From: a virus
Lineage: Duplodnaviria > Caudoviricetes
Virus record (IMG/VR): IMGVR_UViG_3300044210_000023
Coordinates: 1-34,028 of that record
DNA: 34,028 nt
Reading direction: 5' to 3' (one strand)
Positions 32,677 to 34,028 of this stretch are shown piece by piece. Within the stretch, counting starts at the first letter, position 1, and every line of letters begins with the position of its first letter. A model generated the notes under the pieces. It ran no database searches. It saw only the letters and a program-made list of their open reading frames with translations, and was not told the origin of the DNA. The translations under genes and the position numbers were made by a program.

Positions 32677-34026
32677 CTATGCATCCACGATCCCGCTTCC
32701 GTTCAGGACGACCGAGCTTCCGGCTCCTGACATCGACACCATGGTTGCTGCCCCGGAGATGGACACGCGCTCTCCAACTCCACGCAGAATGGCTACCCTG
32801 TCGGTGCCAGGAGATTGGTCCACGATCCCGGAGGCCGATGCACTTGTTGGCGCGAGCGATATCGACGCGGATCCCATGACCCGCACGGCCCCGCTGGCTG
32901 CCAAGGTAGCCGCCAACGCCAGAGTAGAAGCCGCTCCGTAGATTGCCGAGCTCCCGACAACGCCAAATGCAGAGCACGTGGCCGGCGTGGCAATTGGATT
33001 CGCAGTTCCCTGGATTCTCTGCACTCCAGAGGCCGAGGCCGACGCAGCGGTTGTCGACACCGCCCCCGAGCCGCTGACGACGACACTTCCGGACGCCGAG
33101 GCCGCGCTCGCCGATGCGACTGCCGCCCCCGTTGCCTGGATAGCCACCACGCCCGCCGCCGACGCCGTGCCCTGCGCAGTGGACATGGCCGACGTTCCAC
33201 GAACGATCACGGATCCGGTTGCCGATGCGCTGGCTGGGATAGCCGAGGAAGATCCGGATCCCTGCACCGTCACGCTCCCGGAGGAGGCCAAGGTGCAAGC
33301 GGCAAGCGCTCCGCCCATTGCCCCCGCGACGACGACACTCCCAGCCGCGGACGCCGTCGCTGCAGCTGCTGTCGCTGACGCCGAGCCGTAGACCGCCGAG
33401 CTTCCGACGCTTCCAGATGCCGAGCACGTTGCCGACGCCGCCGACAGATTGGCGGTGCCCTGCACCTTCACCGTTCCAGACGCGGAACACGTTGCCGCCG
33501 CAGCAGATGGGCCTGAGGTCCCCTGCACCACGAGTTGCCCGGACCCTGCTACGGTGGACGGCGCCGTCGCCCCCGAGCTCGCACCGGCCACGACAACAGC
33601 TCCTGTCGCCGCCAGCGTCGATGCTGCATCGGATGCGGAGCCTGCTCCTTGGACGACAATTGAGCCCGAGGCGGATGCCGTCGCCGCGGCCGACGACGCT
33701 GCGGCTGTTCCGGATACGCCGCCTCCCCCCGTGGTGTTGTTCGTCGACCTCACCCACTGGTGCTGGGCAGAATACCCGTTCTCGATGACGGTCGTGTCGG
33801 ATCCAGCAGTTACCGTTCCCGTGGTGGACGGGTACCCGATGCCTGCGCCGAACAGTAGCGATCCGGTCGCGAGCCCGGAAAATGCCAGCGACAGATCTGT
33901 GTTGTTGGTGATCGGGCCCGAGGTCGACCCGAGCGGAGAGGACGACTTCACACCAGTCAGCGCTTGTACGCAGATGCCGGTAGCGGCCGTCGCCGACATC
34001 GTCACCGTGATGGTGAAGGTCGACAT
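32677..34026 (-). CDS. Ala/Ser/Gly-rich repeat protein, probably 5'-truncated (fibre/structural-like)
   Basis: 13 imperfect 21-aa repeats GxVxVxG-x14; no stop between the ATG and the window edge. Confidence 0.75.
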   Translation of the reverse strand: MSTFTITVTMSATAATGICVQALTGVKSSSPLGSTSGPITNNTDLSLAFSGLATGSLLFGAGIGYPSTTGTVTAGSDTTVIENGYSAQHQWVRSTNNTTGGGGVSGTAAASSAAATASASGSIVVQGAGSASDAASTLAATGAVVVAGASSGATAPSTVAGSGQLVVQGTSGPSAAAATCSASGTVKVQGTANLSAASATCSASGSVGSSAVYGSASATAAAATASAAGSVVVAGAMGGALAACTLASSGSVTVQGSGSSSAIPASASATGSVIVRGTSAMSTAQGTASAAGVVAIQATGAAVASASAASASGSVVVSGSGAVSTTAASASASGVQRIQGTANPIATPATCSAFGVVGSSAIYGAASTLALAATLAASGAVRVMGSASISLAPTSASASGIVDQSPGTDRVAILRGVGERVSISGAATMVSMSGAGSSVVLNGSGIVDA

Positions 34027-34028
34027 TG

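Larger units (their letters stand above)
1..34028 (-). mobile_element. Phage/prophage segment, contractile-tailed (Bcep781/DUF2213-DUF2184-DUF3383-type morphogenesis module), both ends outside window
   Basis: Contiguous head-neck-sheath-tube-tape measure-baseplate-fibre-lysis gene order with ATGA/GTGA/TAATG translational coupling; no host housekeeping genes seen. Confidence 0.95.

Overview
High-GC (roughly 65%, estimated by eye) segment of a contractile-tailed (myovirus-type) phage or prophage. Almost all genes are on the minus strand. The host is probably a myxobacterium (Myxococcota), inferred from two Gly/Asp-Ala-Gly-linker, Cys-rich lipoprotein morons. Right to left the window holds: (1) a 21-aa-repeat Ala/Ser protein and small genes; (2) a head module (MuF-like minor head, DUF2213 protease/scaffold, cement, DUF2184-type capsid); (3) neck, DUF3383-type sheath, DUF3277-type tube, tail chaperone with an A-AAA-AAG -1 frameshift, tape measure, baseplate and fibre genes, interrupted by two opposite-strand lipoproteins; (4) a lysis region (holin-like genes, RuvC-like resolvase, T4-lysozyme-type endolysin, lipoprotein plus papain-like peptidase) ending at a terminator; (5) about 5.4 kb of small accessory genes. 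The accessory region is the most unusual part. It contains an AcrVA2-family anti-CRISPR homolog, a very acidic DNA-mimic-like protein, two paralogous leaderless RHH regulators each next to its own palindromic motif set, and two intergenic tRNA-like minihelices (acceptor stem + T-arm + NCCA, no D or anticodon arm). Terminase, portal and integrase are not in the window. Family names come from remembered motifs and synteny, not from database searches.
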